From contig JBHGNT010000007.1 of assembly GCA_043228905.1 (NCBI GenBank), positions 15,624,001-15,688,000 on the forward strand: DNA of 64,000 bases, in the 5' to 3' direction. This stretch comes from Azolla caroliniana. Lineage: Eukaryota > Plantae > Polypodiophyta. The translations under genes were made by a program, and so were the position numbers. Below the pieces are notes generated by a model. The model was not told the DNA's origin. It was given only the letters and a program-made list of their open reading frames with translations, and did no database searches. This document shows positions 26,601-39,930 of the stretch, one piece after another (the stretch's first letter is position 1; each line of letters begins with the position of its first letter).

Positions 26601-27185
26601 GAGGAATCCCAACATAATATAGAAGAGATTTCTGGAAGGCTGAGGAAGAATGGGGTTCTCCTCATGACTCTATATAAGAATAAGTGCGTTACTATGCATG
26701 CTTGTGTGGTATTCAGTCTATTGATTGGTTTTTTAGGCCATGCTAGATTTGCATTGCAGCTTTCAGAAGTAATAGGCAATTCCTGACCCTTTGTAAATAA
26801 TGCAGAATTAGAGCAGTTCTACATCATCAGGTCTCTGAGGAGGACGTGGAATATGCAATAAAATGCTTTCAGGTGTGTGCTTTTCTGTAGTCAAATCTCG
26901 ATCCTAACAGAAGATCTTGTGCAACTCTTTTTAAGAATACTGAATTGAGACGATTTGGACCCAAAATGAAAACACTTTAACGCAAGTAGGAAATACTTTG
27001 CATGGTGCTGGTTTTGGGTCCCATGGATCACATTTGTTCTCCATAGGATGCAAGAATTTATATGTTTGTATTTCTTGATATCTGATTATTGATCGGATAT
27101 TTGAATGCAGATTGCTGTGGATTACAACATTCCAAATGGAAGTTTATCGTCATTATCCTTGAATGTTTCAGAAAATGCTCATTAA
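23680..27185 (+). CDS. THA: Low-specificity L-threonine aldolase (PLP-dependent)
   Basis: Exons 23680-23994, 24406-24620, 25234-25345, 25438-25488, 25951-26022, 26159-26291, 26438-26496, 26583-26683, 26806-26872, 27111-27185. Motifs [47 protein letters not shown] (PLP lysine), [10 protein letters not shown]. Start codon less certain. Confidence 0.94.
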
Positions 27186-28421
27186 GCCAATGCCTGGCTC
27201 TCCTCTAATTGCGTCAGAATTATTCAAGTAGTTCTATAATTGTATTAACTGAATGCATTGATGCTTGTTAATTTGTATATTGAACCTTAACAAGTTACTT
27301 CCATGTACGGCCAATTGATTTTTTACTGAAAGAATTTTCATGTATCAACAATCCTGTGCTACCCAACAATCGATTTTTGATCAAGGAAACAATGATCATA
27401 ACTTTGTTAGATTGTTTATGCATGGTGTCAAAGCTATTCCCTTGTTAATTTGTATATTGAACCTTAACAAGTGACTACATTAAGGACCATTATAACTTAA
27501 TCCTTGATCTTACATGTGAGTGGCCTTCAATTTTATGAAGGATACATGACTCTCTTCACCACTATATGTAAAAAAGCATATAACACATATCTCTTCACCA
27601 CCACTATATGTAAAAGCATATAACACATATCTCTTCACCACTATATGTATCATATGCCTTCACATATTAACACATATATGACTGAAATTTGTGATCGAGA
27701 CACTCTCATAATGTCAACATTGTATTGTATGACTAGCCTGCGTGTGCATCTTTATGTATTGTTGTAATGCTCTATTTCAAATGTGTTATGAAACCATTAG
27801 CAAAAAGATTCCGACTCTCTAATGTGTCAACACGACTAGAGTATGTGTGCAATGTTCATCCACGTCTTAATTCTAAATCTTGAATTTTGTAGGGCACTAG
27901 TAGGAAGAATCAAAATTGTTCCTAGGCTCTAGCTTTTTGGGACTTGGTCCTCTCATTTCGTAGGTGAATCGACAAGCTGCAAAAAGGTGATTACATCGTA
28001 GAAGAGGTAGCTTTAGGTGTGGGCCGTTGGACATTCAAAAAGCATGGATACCACCCTCCTCACTTTTCTCACTTTTCAAAACTGTCACATGTCATATGCT
28101 TGGTCAAATTGACCAGCTACATTCCATTAAAATCTGGACGAAACAAATACATAATGTCTTTACCACTAACTTCTATGTAAGATGCATAATGTGCAACGGA
28201 CTATTAGGCGACGCGGGCTTCTTACGAATTATAGAATTCGATCACTAGTGGGTTCCTATCTTGTTGAAGACGAACACGAGAGATCGAAAATGGTGTCCGT
28301 TGTAATGGTCGGATCAGGTACAAATTGAATCGGGATTACTTGTGGTGGACATGATGTTATCGTGTGATCACATGGATTGTTTGCTGTCTTGATTGTATGG
28401 ACGGCCTTTCAGGTTATTGAG

Positions 28422-28775
28422 CATCTTGACTTTGACCGAAAACACACGTACACACAAACATGGCCCATCTTGACTTTGACCAAACACACACACACATACA
28501 TACATGACCCAACTTGACTTTGACCGAACACACACACACACACACACATATATATACATGACCCATCTTGACTTTGATTGAAACACATATACATACATAC
28601 ATGACCCATCTTGACTTTGACTAAAACATACATACATAGATACATACATACATGACCGATACATCTCGACTTTGTCCAAAGCACACATACATACATGACC
28701 TATGTATCTTGGCTTTGACCAAAAACACACGTACATACGTATATGACCCATCTTGACTTTGACCAAAACATACAT
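28422..28775 (+). repeat. Eight-unit minisatellite: constant catgacccatcTTGACTTTGACC core with variable (CA)/(TACA) spacers
   Basis: Cores at ~28424, 28468, 28513, 28567, 28610, 28664, 28708, 28752 (sixth and seventh degenerate). Confidence 0.9.
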
Positions 28776-28967
28776 CATGATGGCCATGACCATCCATCAT
28801 GCATGGATAGCGTCATGGTCATGGTCATGCTCACATGGTCTATGTATCCATGTTTATCACTATACTCGTTTTCTCCGCCTTTTTCAGTCTCTAACCAAAA
28901 ATCAGAAAAGACCCAGAAATTCTGCATTGTCACCACCATATTTTATAGTCCCCATTCCCAGATTAGC

Positions 28968-29081
28968 CAAACCCAAACCCTAACCCTAACCTTAACCCTA
29001 ATCTCTCTGAGAAACTTCTCTGCTCTCTGCTCTCTCTGTCTCTCTCTGTGGCTCGCTTTGTGTAGACCATAGAAACCCTAA
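28968..29081 (+). promoter_or_regulatory. Telo-box/telomere-like motifs in the PP2C 5' region
   Basis: aaaccc-taaccc-taacct-taaccc-ta at ~28975-29000 and AAACCCTAA at ~29073. Confidence 0.45.
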
Positions 29082-29178
29082 TTTCTGTTCTTCTCCTTCT
29101 CCTATAATCGAATCTCCTAGTTCCAGACTCAATCCTTTTGTCTTAAAGAAGGAAGCGAGGAAGGAAGAGGGGACGCAC

Positions 29179-31274
29179 ATGTTCGGCAAGAGGAAGGTAT
29201 GAGTAGCTTCCAAGTCCTGCTGATTTTCTCGTGATGTTCTGCTCTGCGTTCCATTTTGAAGTTATTGAAGAAAGATAACTATTTGGATCGGATTGAAATC
29301 CACCCACCATTGCTGGCTATGATGAATCTATACCTTTATTCATCATTAATGAATATGGTGAATTATACCCAAAATTCATCATTTATGCCCATGGTGAATA
29401 TGTATACTAACTTATCATCAATGGCGATGGTGAATCTGCAGCTAAATTTCATAATTAATGTCGATTGTTGATCTCTACCTAAAATTGATCATTAATGGCT
29501 ATGGTGCATATGTGCGCGAATTCAATTGGCTAGGATAAAAATCCAATTCATTGATTATGGGGAATCTGATCATTTTACGAAAATCATGACAGATGTTTGC
29601 CACCCGTCCACTGTCCATTCCGTCCCTTTACCAGACAGGCAAAGGACTAAGCAAGCATATGAAGAGCAATCCTAAGAATGTGCAGAGATTTGGATTCTGC
29701 CTGGTGGAGGGGAAATCAAAGCATCCAATGGAGGATTATCATAATGCGGAATTCCGGGAAGTTAGTGATGATGTGGAGCTTGGCCTCTTTGCCATCTATG
29801 ACGGCCATCTCAGCCAGACTGTGCCCAAATATCTGCAAAGTAACCTCTTCGAAAACATCATTGCTCAGGTATAGATTTTGTACTCAAATTTCGTATTTAT
29901 TTCGCGTTTTCATGAATTTTTGTATGTCTATTGGTCTTTCTGTTTGCAGAACATGGTTGAAGAGTTTTCTTCGGCACATCTAATGAAATGCCTTATGTAT
30001 GAGCCTGTTCTGATTAGTGAATGTGATTGTGAATTTTCTTTTTCACACATTAGATCAGCATAAACGAATAAAAGAATTAGGTTTCATGAGTTAATCATGG
30101 TCTCATTTTTCAAACATATGGTTATATGGCTCTTCTTTTGTGCATGATGCATCCAATCCTATGGTTTATTTGTTAGGGTTTTGTATGGTCCTGATCTGAT
30201 TGGAAACATGGCTAGTGTCTTATTCCTATTTAGTCGTAGCGCTATCTTCTGAAGGCTTTCTTTCTGAGTTCCGATACAGCAGAAGCATCTAATTTAATGG
30301 AAATGTCTCTCTTTTAGCATCCTCTTTCTGATTTAATGGAAATATCTCTCTTTTAGTGTCCCTTTTTTCCTATGGTTGTGATTCCTATAGAGTTTTTTTT
30401 CTGTTTCTTCAGCGCGAGTTTTGGGGAGATCCTAGAAGTGCGATTCACAAAGCATACCATGTCACCGATAAGACGATCTTAGAAAACTCTAGGGAGCTAG
30501 GAGTTGGTGGATCAACAGCAGTGACAGCCATCCTTGTGAATGGCAAGAGGCTCATCATAGGCAACGTGGGCGATTCGAGAGCTGTTCTTTGCAGATCCGG
30601 GAATGGCATTCAGCTCTCCGTGGATCACGAACCCAAATCTGAGAAGAAGAGCATCGAAAGAAGAGGTGGATTTGTGACATTTATACCTGGTATGTGCTCA
30701 ACAAAATCAAAACTGGTTAGAATTTATAATGTCATTTGAAGTTTTTTGTTGTTCTTTGTTGTTTTTTGTAAAGATCTCAGGATTTTATTTTTTTGGGCTC
30801 TTTGTTTGAATCTCATGGACTTTTTGTGCCGTTTTTTCTCTTGGTCTAGGCGATGTCCCCCGAGTGGATGGACAACTTGCAGTCGCCCGGGCATTCGGGG
30901 ACAAGACTTTGAAGAAGCATTTGAGCTCAGAGCCTGATACTGTTGACATACGCCTCGATCGATCCGACGAGTTTCTCATTCTTGCGAGTGACGGATTGTG
31001 GAAGGTCAGTACAGTATATTCAGCTCCTTATATTATCAAAATCATGTTTTCTGTTCTTATCGGGTATGGTGATATATGCCGATTTCTGTAACCTACGTTA
31101 ACATCTTTCTGTCTTTACGATTATATATGGGTTCAGGTGATGGGGAATCAGGATGCTGTAAAGCTGATAAGGAAGGTGACAGATCCGGAATTGGCCGCCA
31201 AGATGCTGGTCGATGCCGCATTACACAGGAATAGCAAGGATGACATATCATGCATAGTGATTCGTTTTCGATGA
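29179..31274 (+). CDS. Protein phosphatase 2C (clade F-like)
   Basis: Exons 29179-29196, 29635-29868, 30413-30689, 30850-31004, 31137-31274: MFGKRK-TGKG...GKSKHPMEDYH...LFAIYDGH...GGSTAVTAIL...NVGDSRAV...LSVDHEP...RVDGQLAVARAFGD...LILASDGLWKV...SKDDISCIVIRFR*. First micro-exon less certain. Confidence 0.92.
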
Positions 31275-31554
31275 GAGTCTTGCATCATCTGTTTTGTTAC
31301 TTCTTATCAGTTTTTTTGGAGAAAACCCACAAGGGTGTATGCATGTATTAATAGTAACTTATATAGAAATGGTTCTCCCAACCCCCAAGGATACAAAACA
31401 TGGTGGGGAATCGGCATTCAGGTTTCCGAGAGCTGGAGAAAGCAGTCCATATGGAGGAGCATTCCTAGCTCATCATATCAGATTATGCATATTTTTTTTA
31501 GGTTTAGGAGGAAAGAGAAATAATGTGAATCAGATTCTTTACTCGCAAACTTTG

Positions 31555-31762
31555 TCAACAAGGCGAATTTGCTTCAAGCTTACTATCTCTTTGCAACATG
31601 ATTTAAGGCATTGCAGATTGAGGCATTACAGGAAGGATTTCCATGTCTAGATTTAGGTTTAGGGTTTTGTCGTCAAGGCGAATTACTTCAAGCTTACTAT
31701 CTCTTTGCAACATGATTTGATGCATTGCAGATTGAGGCATTACAGAAAGGATTTCCATGTCT
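31555..31762. repeat. ~90-bp direct duplication downstream of PP2C
   Basis: caaggcgaatt..cttcaagcttactatctctttgcaacatgattt...gcattgcagattgaggcattacag.aaggatttccatgtct present twice. Confidence 0.85.
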
Positions 31763-34219
31763 TTAACATTCTTTGGCTGTGCTACCATCCCTCCTCCATA
31801 CACAGAAAGACAATATTGTATATAATGCATTGTGCAATATATTAAGTGCATTGAATGCAACATGTTGTCACACAGAGGTATGCAGCATGCCATCTATCAT
31901 TTTGTATACAAGACACCACCTGTTTGATTTGATAAGGCAAAACTTTATAATATTATTTTCCATCATGAGTTTCATGATTTTCTCCATCATGAGTCAGTAT
32001 AATATATGAGTACTTTGTCATGAGTCTCTCGTGAAAGTTTATAAAAATGGAGAGGTATAATTACTGCAATTATACCTCCAAAGTTGAAGCTCAGAAAGAT
32101 TATGGATCGGTAATTAATAGTTTGATTTCAAGGGTTCTTACAAGCACATTATAGAGCATTTGATGGAGATGGGATAGAAATTTAGAACATTAAGCCGTGA
32201 AGATTGTGTAGACTTTCGACATGGAACCCATGAAAAGAAGGTCGATGACTTTGTCTCATATTCTTTCATTGATGATTATAACACAGACACATCCTAGTTT
32301 TCAACAAACTGTTGCTCAATAGGCAACATCAATGGAATCGGTTTGTCTTATCAACTTGTGCTCAATATTTTGTTGGAAGGTTGGCATCTAAAAAGGCATA
32401 TCAAAGAACTCCTTGAGGTATTTCTAATTCTATGACAAGCTCAAATGGCAAATATCTCAACAAATCAAACGAATTAACTCTTGTTTTCTTGATCTAAGGC
32501 CCTAAAAGAGGGCAAAATAAGAAGGTGCTACAATCTTATTACCACATCAAATGACAAATGATTCAACAAGATAGGGGGTTTTAGGTATCTCCAAATGAGT
32601 TGAATTGCCTCGAGAACTTTCCTACCTTCAAGAAAACATGTTAGTGTATGATCTTAAGTTTGAATACAAGTATTGTACATTTCATTTAGACTAGCCAACA
32701 AATATCTTGACAAAATCTGTTGGGCCCCGTAGAAAAGCATCTTAAATAGAAAATGCGTTCCTCGATGATATATTTGCGTTGCTGAGAAAGGGTATTCAAG
32801 ATATTTAGAAAAAAAGGAAAGGTAGGCACTTTTAGGAATATGTAGGTGAAAGGGTATTCAAGATATTTAGAAAATTTGGAGGGGAGGGTACTATAGTTTT
32901 CTTATAAGGGAAAGAGCATGCGCGCGAGCGCGCGTGTGTGAAAAGACATGCCTTAGGTTGTCAAAAAGCTATAGAGCATCTAGCAAGTTTTCTCTAAGAT
33001 AGTTCATATTGTGCAAGGTTTAGTGAGCAAGTCCATCATGTACAAAGACACACTGTCACGTATTTCCTCTTTTTACATTGTTACGTGAGGGTCTAGGTCA
33101 AGTGCGGCATTTGATTATGTAGCTCCATGAAGGTGGTTTTGGTCACAAGGTATCTATTCTGAGCCGCATGAAGTTGGGGAGTTAACGTTTTAACTTGATA
33201 GCACAAAACATTTGGTCTTTTGGTGGAACATTCAAAGTTCTCATGCATTTTGTCCTAGGAACATGCAACGGATTTAGCCATGGCATCATTGCCCCTATTT
33301 GTCTTATGTCTTGAATAATTTATCTTCTATATATGGAGAAAGCTTGTGGGTTGGCTTGCACATCCAAGGACAAATTTAATTCATCTTATCCTATTTCCAA
33401 TTATGTCACCAAGGAGGCTTCGGAAAGTGTCAATACCCCTTGAATTAGATCATGAAGTTGTACACGAGTTGGTTTTGTAAGCCTTGTTTTATAAAGGCGA
33501 AATGCCTCATTGAAAGAGAGAGTTGGCTATCACGGATGCTATGTATGGGAAATTCACTGAAATGTCATATAGATATTTTCCAATCAAGCTAGTTGATTTT
33601 GAGATGCCACATCAACAATGTGTTGTGCATCTCGATTTGAAGAAATAGGAATGCATTTATGTTTCCTCAAGGTAAGGTGTATTCTCAAGCATTCCATTTG
33701 GGTGGCCAAGGCTTCTTCCGTTTGGCTCGTTGTAACATGGATCCACAGAGTGCATTTGATTGTATCAAGTTTTTTCTAGGCATATAAGGGAATGGGTCAA
33801 TGAGATTTTTTGTGGATTATAAATTTGGTGCTAGGCAAAATCCCCAGAAGGACTTTGTGCTCAAGTATGAGGGTACATTTAAGTTTAGTAGTACTAGAGG
33901 TAAAGCATTGGATATAAGAACATTTTTGGCATGTCTTGACTCTTGATCATCCTTTGATGTAGAGGACAACCCATATTTTATAAATAAAAGTCTCTATGTA
34001 CCTATTACCAACATACATACCAACCGGTCAATAACGTACATATAAAAAAACTTAAAAGTTAAAATTGAAAAGTTTCAATTTAAAATATATATGATTAAAT
34101 TTTAGTTTATAAACTTAAAAAACTACAAAAAAAGTTTTAAAATCTTTTTTAAAATAGCATGTCCCTAATAGTGTCACATAGCAACAAGCATACAGACATG
34201 TTTTTGCATAGATAACGCC

Positions 34220-34503
34220 CTAGTTGTAGTAAAATTAATGTGTATGTGTGTGAAAGCATTGTAGGATTATCACAATCTTGAACAATAGAAGATGGTTTGT
34301 TGAAGGTGTTATCAAACATGAGATTTGTTATGGCATGTAGTCAAATGTTTCTTTCTTGACTAGTTGTAGTAAAATTAATGCGTATGTGTGTGAAAGCATT
34401 GTGGGATTATCATGATCTTGAACCATAGAAGATGGTTTGGCGATGGTGTTGTCAAAGATGAAATTTGTTATGGCATGCAATCAAATGTTCCTTTCTTAAC
34501 TAG
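34220..34503. repeat. ~140-bp tandem duplication
   Basis: ctagttgtagtaaaattaatg.gtatgtgtgtgaaagcattgt...tcaaatgtt.ctttctt.ac present twice. Confidence 0.85.
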
Positions 34504-36445
34504 CACGATATACTTGTAGGCCCTCGCTCGACATGTCAGGGAATCCCTTCAATGGGTATGTGGCCTAGCTTGGAGGAAACACGTGCCAAAGTATGTACAT
34601 GTATGTGATATCATATTTTATAAGGGAGTCCTTGTATAATGGTATGCAAATATGTGTAGGTATGTTTGCCTTCATGTGTACTCGTGATTGTGAGTGAGCA
34701 ATTATATGTATTTTCATGTTTCATTTATTAGTGCAACTTTGTTTGCTTGCTTGTGTGTTATATGGGAAAAAGTAAGTCCTTTAGGAAATTTGAGTGTGCT
34801 AAAGGGGAATTGGGAAACAAATTTGAGTGTTTTGTTTCCAACATAATGTGCAATATTCTCATTTAGGTTTATATTGACTTTTTCTGTGGCTTTGTTTCAT
34901 ATAATTTTTCATTTCAAAAGCTCAAAAGCACTGGTTGATTCTCAGATCAACATGATGGCTATCGGATTCCTATTCCTAGGAGGTGGTACTGTAACCTTCT
35001 CAACAAATAATAATACAATTGCAACTCTACTTATTGCATTAATATCCTCGATTTCCAATAGCTCAACATATAACATTGCTCTTGTTTTCATTTGTTTTCC
35101 AATTCTTGAACACTTGTACATTTCTTAATTCAACATATAACATTGCCCTTTCCAGCTAAAACGTATTCGTATTTGTGGACCACGTTATTGGCCTCATGAT
35201 ATAAGGTTGTCGCCTTGTGGTGAGCAAAACAATTAAGGATTTGATAGAAGTTTCAATTTTTATCTTGATCATGAAATTATAATCTTACTTGATAGATTCA
35301 CCATGGTGGCACTCTACTGACATGAGTAATGCCTTTCCAAAGGGTGTAATTCTTGTGAAGAATAAGGTTGCGTCTAGAACATATGGTGATGATCTAATAG
35401 GGAGGCGTTCGCTCCTTTCTCGTACATTGCAAACGGTAAGATGGGCACAAACCACTTGGTCTTTTTTTTCATATGGGGTTTTTGAAAAGTAGATTCGTAT
35501 CTTTATTCTTTGAGAATTTGAAGGATGATAGTGATGGAAACAAAGAGGTTGTGTTATTCTTGCTTTTTTATTTTATTTTACTTTCTTTTTACATATCCTC
35601 GAGTTTATGTGAGATGTTTTTTATATTACTATTTCTGTTTTGTCATCCCAAATTTGTCACACAAGAAAGCGTTCTTTGTTATCTTTCTTATGAATATTTT
35701 CTTTTGAAATTTGGATATGAGATGAAGAAGTTATGAGCTTTTTTCTCTACCTTGCTTTTTCTACCTTTTTTCTGTGTTCTCTACTTTTGAAAAACGCCTC
35801 TAACTTTATATCCCTTCAAGTTCCTTCGTCTTTTAACTCTTGAACCTTTAATATCTTGCTTTATTCATCAAGTTATAAGCTCAGGGATGGAGCCATTGCT
35901 CAACTCCATGTGACACTAGTCTCAGCTCACTCATTATGCAACTCTCTTCCCACATCTTTGTTAGGTGTCTTACTTTGTTATGTGCAATCATCCCACTTCT
36001 TCACCATCTCTTCATTGCTAGCAAATGAAGCACAAGGAAAAAAAGACACTTATAAAAGAGTGCATAAAAACGATTACCAAGCTAAACTAAGCTGAGCTCA
36101 GCCAATTGATGCCCAGAAATTGACCATTAGACTAAGTTGCTAGTTTATGGTTGCTGAGTGATGGTAAATAGCTAAGCCAAGTAAAAAGCTAATGATCGAT
36201 CCTAATGATAGCCGGGTTGACAACCATTTCTAATAGCCGAGTTGTGCTCAACCAGTAAGGGATTGTAGACCACAGATGAAAGATGATCATTTAAATGAGA
36301 GTCGAGAGGAGAATTGTGAAAGTTAGTGTGCAGAAGCATATGCCAAACCGGCTCTGCCAGATAGTAACAGTAAAGAGAAGAAGGTTTAATGGAAGCTTAA
36401 CATAGAGAATAAGCATACACAGGAGAGAGAAAGAAAGAAAGAAAG

Positions 36446-37365
36446 ATATATTAACGTCTTTTAAGAGGCCAAAATGGCCTATAAGACCAAATAAGAGATT
36501 ACATCTTAAGTGTTGTCTCGTCTTTGAGAACAAATCAAAATAAAATAAATATTACACAGTAAATATAAAAGTAAATAGCATGAAAAGAAAAGAAAAGAGG
36601 GAATCTGGTTTTTGGCACATGTGAGATCCTCAAGTTAGGTATATTGTAGCTTTTGTCTTCGAAAGATCTCTAGTATAGGTCAATCTAAAATGGAAATGTC
36701 TCCAAAGCGAGGGAAGCACCTACGATGGCGGGAGATAATGACTTTTATTTGTCGATGACAAGGGTGTCGAGGTCGTGGTCCATGGGGCCGGGGCCTATGT
36801 GCACGACAAATTGCTCCATTGCCCGATAAATTGTAACCCCTTTGTTATATCTTGGTCTGGATCCCATTTCTGTATCCTAGGGTTGACTTCTAGCATTAGG
36901 AGTGATGGGGCTAAAGAAAGTTGTAATTGTTCTTTGTGGATGAGCTTGTGTGGCTGTATTCTTCAACAACTTTTCCCAATGTCTCTTGAGCTCTAGCAAG
37001 AAAAGTCCTAGGCATCGTTGGTCCTCATATTCCATTACCTTGCATAGTGGGCCAAAGCCTTGTTTAAAGAGGCAATGGTATCTCCCTCTGATTTCATAAA
37101 AGACACTACAATGACAAACATAGTGTTCTTCAGATTCCACTCCTTGATGACACAATTGGCAAATTCTCTCTTCTAGAGGTAGTCGTGTATATCTGCCTAC
37201 CTCAATTTGTAGTTGATGTGATGAAGTTTGCAGATGCCCTATCACACTACGCAACACATAGGATAGATGTATGTCCATATAAGGTGGCCTAATGAAAAAT
37301 CCATCCTCCGATGTATGTAAGAAGTGTGTCTTATAGTGGGCCATCTTTGTACCAAGTGGTATTTT
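36446..37365 (-). mobile_element. 3' fragment of a non-L1 LINE (RTEX/Crack-like C-terminus) inserted in (GA)n
   Basis: ORF 36877-37344: LQTSSHQLQIEVGRYTRLPLEERICQLCHQGVESEEHYVCHC..FYEIR, a CCHC tail typical of LINE ORF2; both ends abut GA-rich tracts. Clade assignment is from motif recall only. Confidence 0.7.
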
Positions 37366-37386
37366 GAGAGAGAGAGAGAGAGAGAA

Positions 37387-38392
37387 TTTTAACCTTCAAT
37401 TTAATCGGATGGCTAGATTGGGTTTGGTAACAATTAAGGATGCTATGTTGGTGTCACAAAGAAGATTAATGGCTTTTTGAACAATTAGATCAACATTTCG
37501 TATTCCAAAAGGTTATACCTTTATTTGGGATAAGTTGCAACAAATACTATCTTCGTATGAGCCAATTCCTTATTTAGATGGGTGATCTCAAGAGCTTGAT
37601 TAGAGGTTTGTTGGAAATAAGAGATTGACTATGATCTCAACAAATGTTGCTTATCACACATTGATTAACAAACATAAGTGGTTGGAAGAAAGGGTTATAA
37701 AGATATGGGGTTTCATAAGCCCATTACTTGGTGGCTTCATGTGATCAAGGCAGGTTGGTGTTCTCGATTAATGCTACGAGCCAAGGTATTTGTTTGGAGA
37801 TTTATGATTGGAGCTTTACCATTGGGGGATGCATTAAAAAAAAGAAACATTACTAAAGGATTGTGTTTCTTTTGTTCCGTAGAATTGGAACATAGTAGGC
37901 ATTGATTTATTTCCTGCCCGATGGTAAGGATGGTTTGGAGGTGTATCAATTTAGTGTGGATGTCTCTAACCGGAGTACGTCTATCTTCCTTCAATTGGGT
38001 TTTTGCACATATGGAGAACAATGAACCAATGCCTCATTCTCAAATTATTTTTGAGTTCTTGAGGTATTGGGGGCTATGGTTCAATTGGAATATGCGGAAT
38101 GCCTTCATTTTTTATTCGCAAGTGGGGATGAGAAAATATGTTCTAAAGTTAAAAGGACTTCTTCTGTGGCAATTGACAGTGCTAGAGAAGTCACAAAATC
38201 TCAACCAGGAAGAGAGAGAACTCTGCAAGGTCACATATCATCATATTCGCCATTTGGATTGGTGTGTAGGGTGGCATTGAGTTTGGTGTCGTAGTTTTCT
38301 TTAGATCCCTAGATAGAAGGGGTTCTATAGTTTGTTGTAAGTTAGTCATGGTGGTGTTTTTTCTTTCGTAATGAAAGCCATTATTTACAAAA
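37387..38392 (+). mobile_element. 5'-truncated L1-type LINE fragment 1 ending in A5-(GA)n
   Basis: zf-RVT: RAKVFVWRFMIGALPLG...LCFFCSVELEHSRH*FISCP...FLRYWGLWFNWNMRNAFIF. Confidence 0.85.
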
Positions 38393-38424
38393 AGAGAGAG
38401 AGAGAGAGAGAATAAGCATACACA

Positions 38425-39721
38425 ACAATATTGGATTTGGAAAGACATTTGATGGCTCGTAGATTTACATTATTACAAGATATATGTCAACAAGATCAAC
38501 CATGGATATCTATGATGCAATATTTTATTGAGCATGAAGGATTGGTGCATGGGAAAACAAATAATCAAGCATCACGGTGGTCACTACTGAATGGAAGTAT
38601 TCCTCTAAAGATTCAACATTCTGTATGTGGACAACATTTGGTAAGATCGTGGCAAGATGCATTATCTCTTTTTGAATGGGAACCATCAAGTGATCGAGAA
38701 TATTGTAATTCATTACAAAACAAATTGCTTGTTTCTTCTCGAGTGTTGTTTTGGCATGGGAAAGAGAAGTTGAGATCTCAATTCAATAGTTTATTTCGAT
38801 TGGGGATTGTACATTTGGAAGATATGGTTGATAATGAATCTCAAAGGTTGTCGGATTTTGAAGATGCAAAGTTATGTATTCCCCCAAATTATGGATTTAT
38901 TTGGGAGAAATTACATGATATACCATTGTTGCAAGGATCGTTGCCATTGAAAACCAATTTTGCACCTTGGGTAGATTGGCGGTTACAAGATGGTACACGC
39001 TTGTTACATGTCACTACAAATATATTGTATCATCATGCGATGGCATCATTATCTTGGCTATCTCCTAAAGCAACAAAGGTGTGGAATGTATGTAAGTCAG
39101 ATGCAAGGTGGTGGAAAATATTACAACGTGGTTGGTATTCCCATCTACCATTTCGTGCAAAGGTATTCATATGGAGAGTCATGATTGCTGGGCTCCCATT
39201 AGGTTCAGCCTTAAAGAGACGAGGACTAGGGTCTGGCACTTGTTTTTTTTGCACCGTTTCATTGGAGGATAGTACACATAGGTTCATTTAATGTCCTATA
39301 GCGTGTACCATTTGGAAGTACTTATCAAACATTTGGCAAGTTTTAACCCGTTGTTGTTTGAGACCTCAACAATGGGTTTTTACTCAATATGTTCAAAATG
39401 GATCAAATGATGAGATGGAGATATTGTTCCAATTTTTACGTTATTGGGGTCTACAACACAATTGGAATATGTGTAATGCTTTCATGTTTGATAATAGACA
39501 TGGGGTGAAAGCCTATATAAAGAAGCTTAAAGGTATTCTCATGTGGAATTTTTGGATGTTAGAGCATGTGGGGATCATTTCCTCAAATGCATATTCAGGT
39601 TTTTTAGTAGCATTACAGAACATCCCTCTCCCTACATAGGCATATGATAGGTAGAGGAGACTAAGAAGTGTTGTAACTAAGTGGATTTTACATACAATTA
39701 ATATAATTGTGTGATTTTACC

Positions 39722-39724
<3 letters not shown>
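38425..39724 (+). mobile_element. 5'-truncated L1-type LINE fragment 2 ending in AAA-(GA)n
   Basis: ORF 38431-39291 and continuation: RAKVFIWRVMIAGLPLG...TCFFCTVSLEDSTHRFI*CP...FLRYWGLQHNWNMCNAFMF; same lineage as fragment 1 but diverged. Confidence 0.85.
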
Positions 39725-39752
<28 letters not shown>

Positions 39753-39757
<5 letters not shown>

Positions 39758-39930
39758 ATTATCGTCTTCGGAGGTCAAATTTGACCAATGAGACCAAAAA
39801 TATTACATTTCACGTGATATGTGTGAAAGTGAGTAGTGACTCTCGATGTTCAAGAACTTTACCAATGAATGTTGCAATCGAGAGTGCACATTGTGGTTGT
39901 GAGAGGAATTCATGCAAAGATTGGGCTCAG

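Noticed and set aside
28422-28775. Repeat-spacer pattern resembling a CRISPR array
   Set aside because: Spacers are low-complexity CA/TA microsatellite related to each other, there are no cas genes, and the context is eukaryotic.
434-31274. FeSOD-VPS39-THA-PP2C as a functional gene cluster
   Set aside because: Unrelated housekeeping functions and no shared pathway evident; ordinary gene neighbourhood.
32000-36200. Possible decayed transposase or other coding remnants
   Set aside because: No motif could be read convincingly; a translated homology search is needed.
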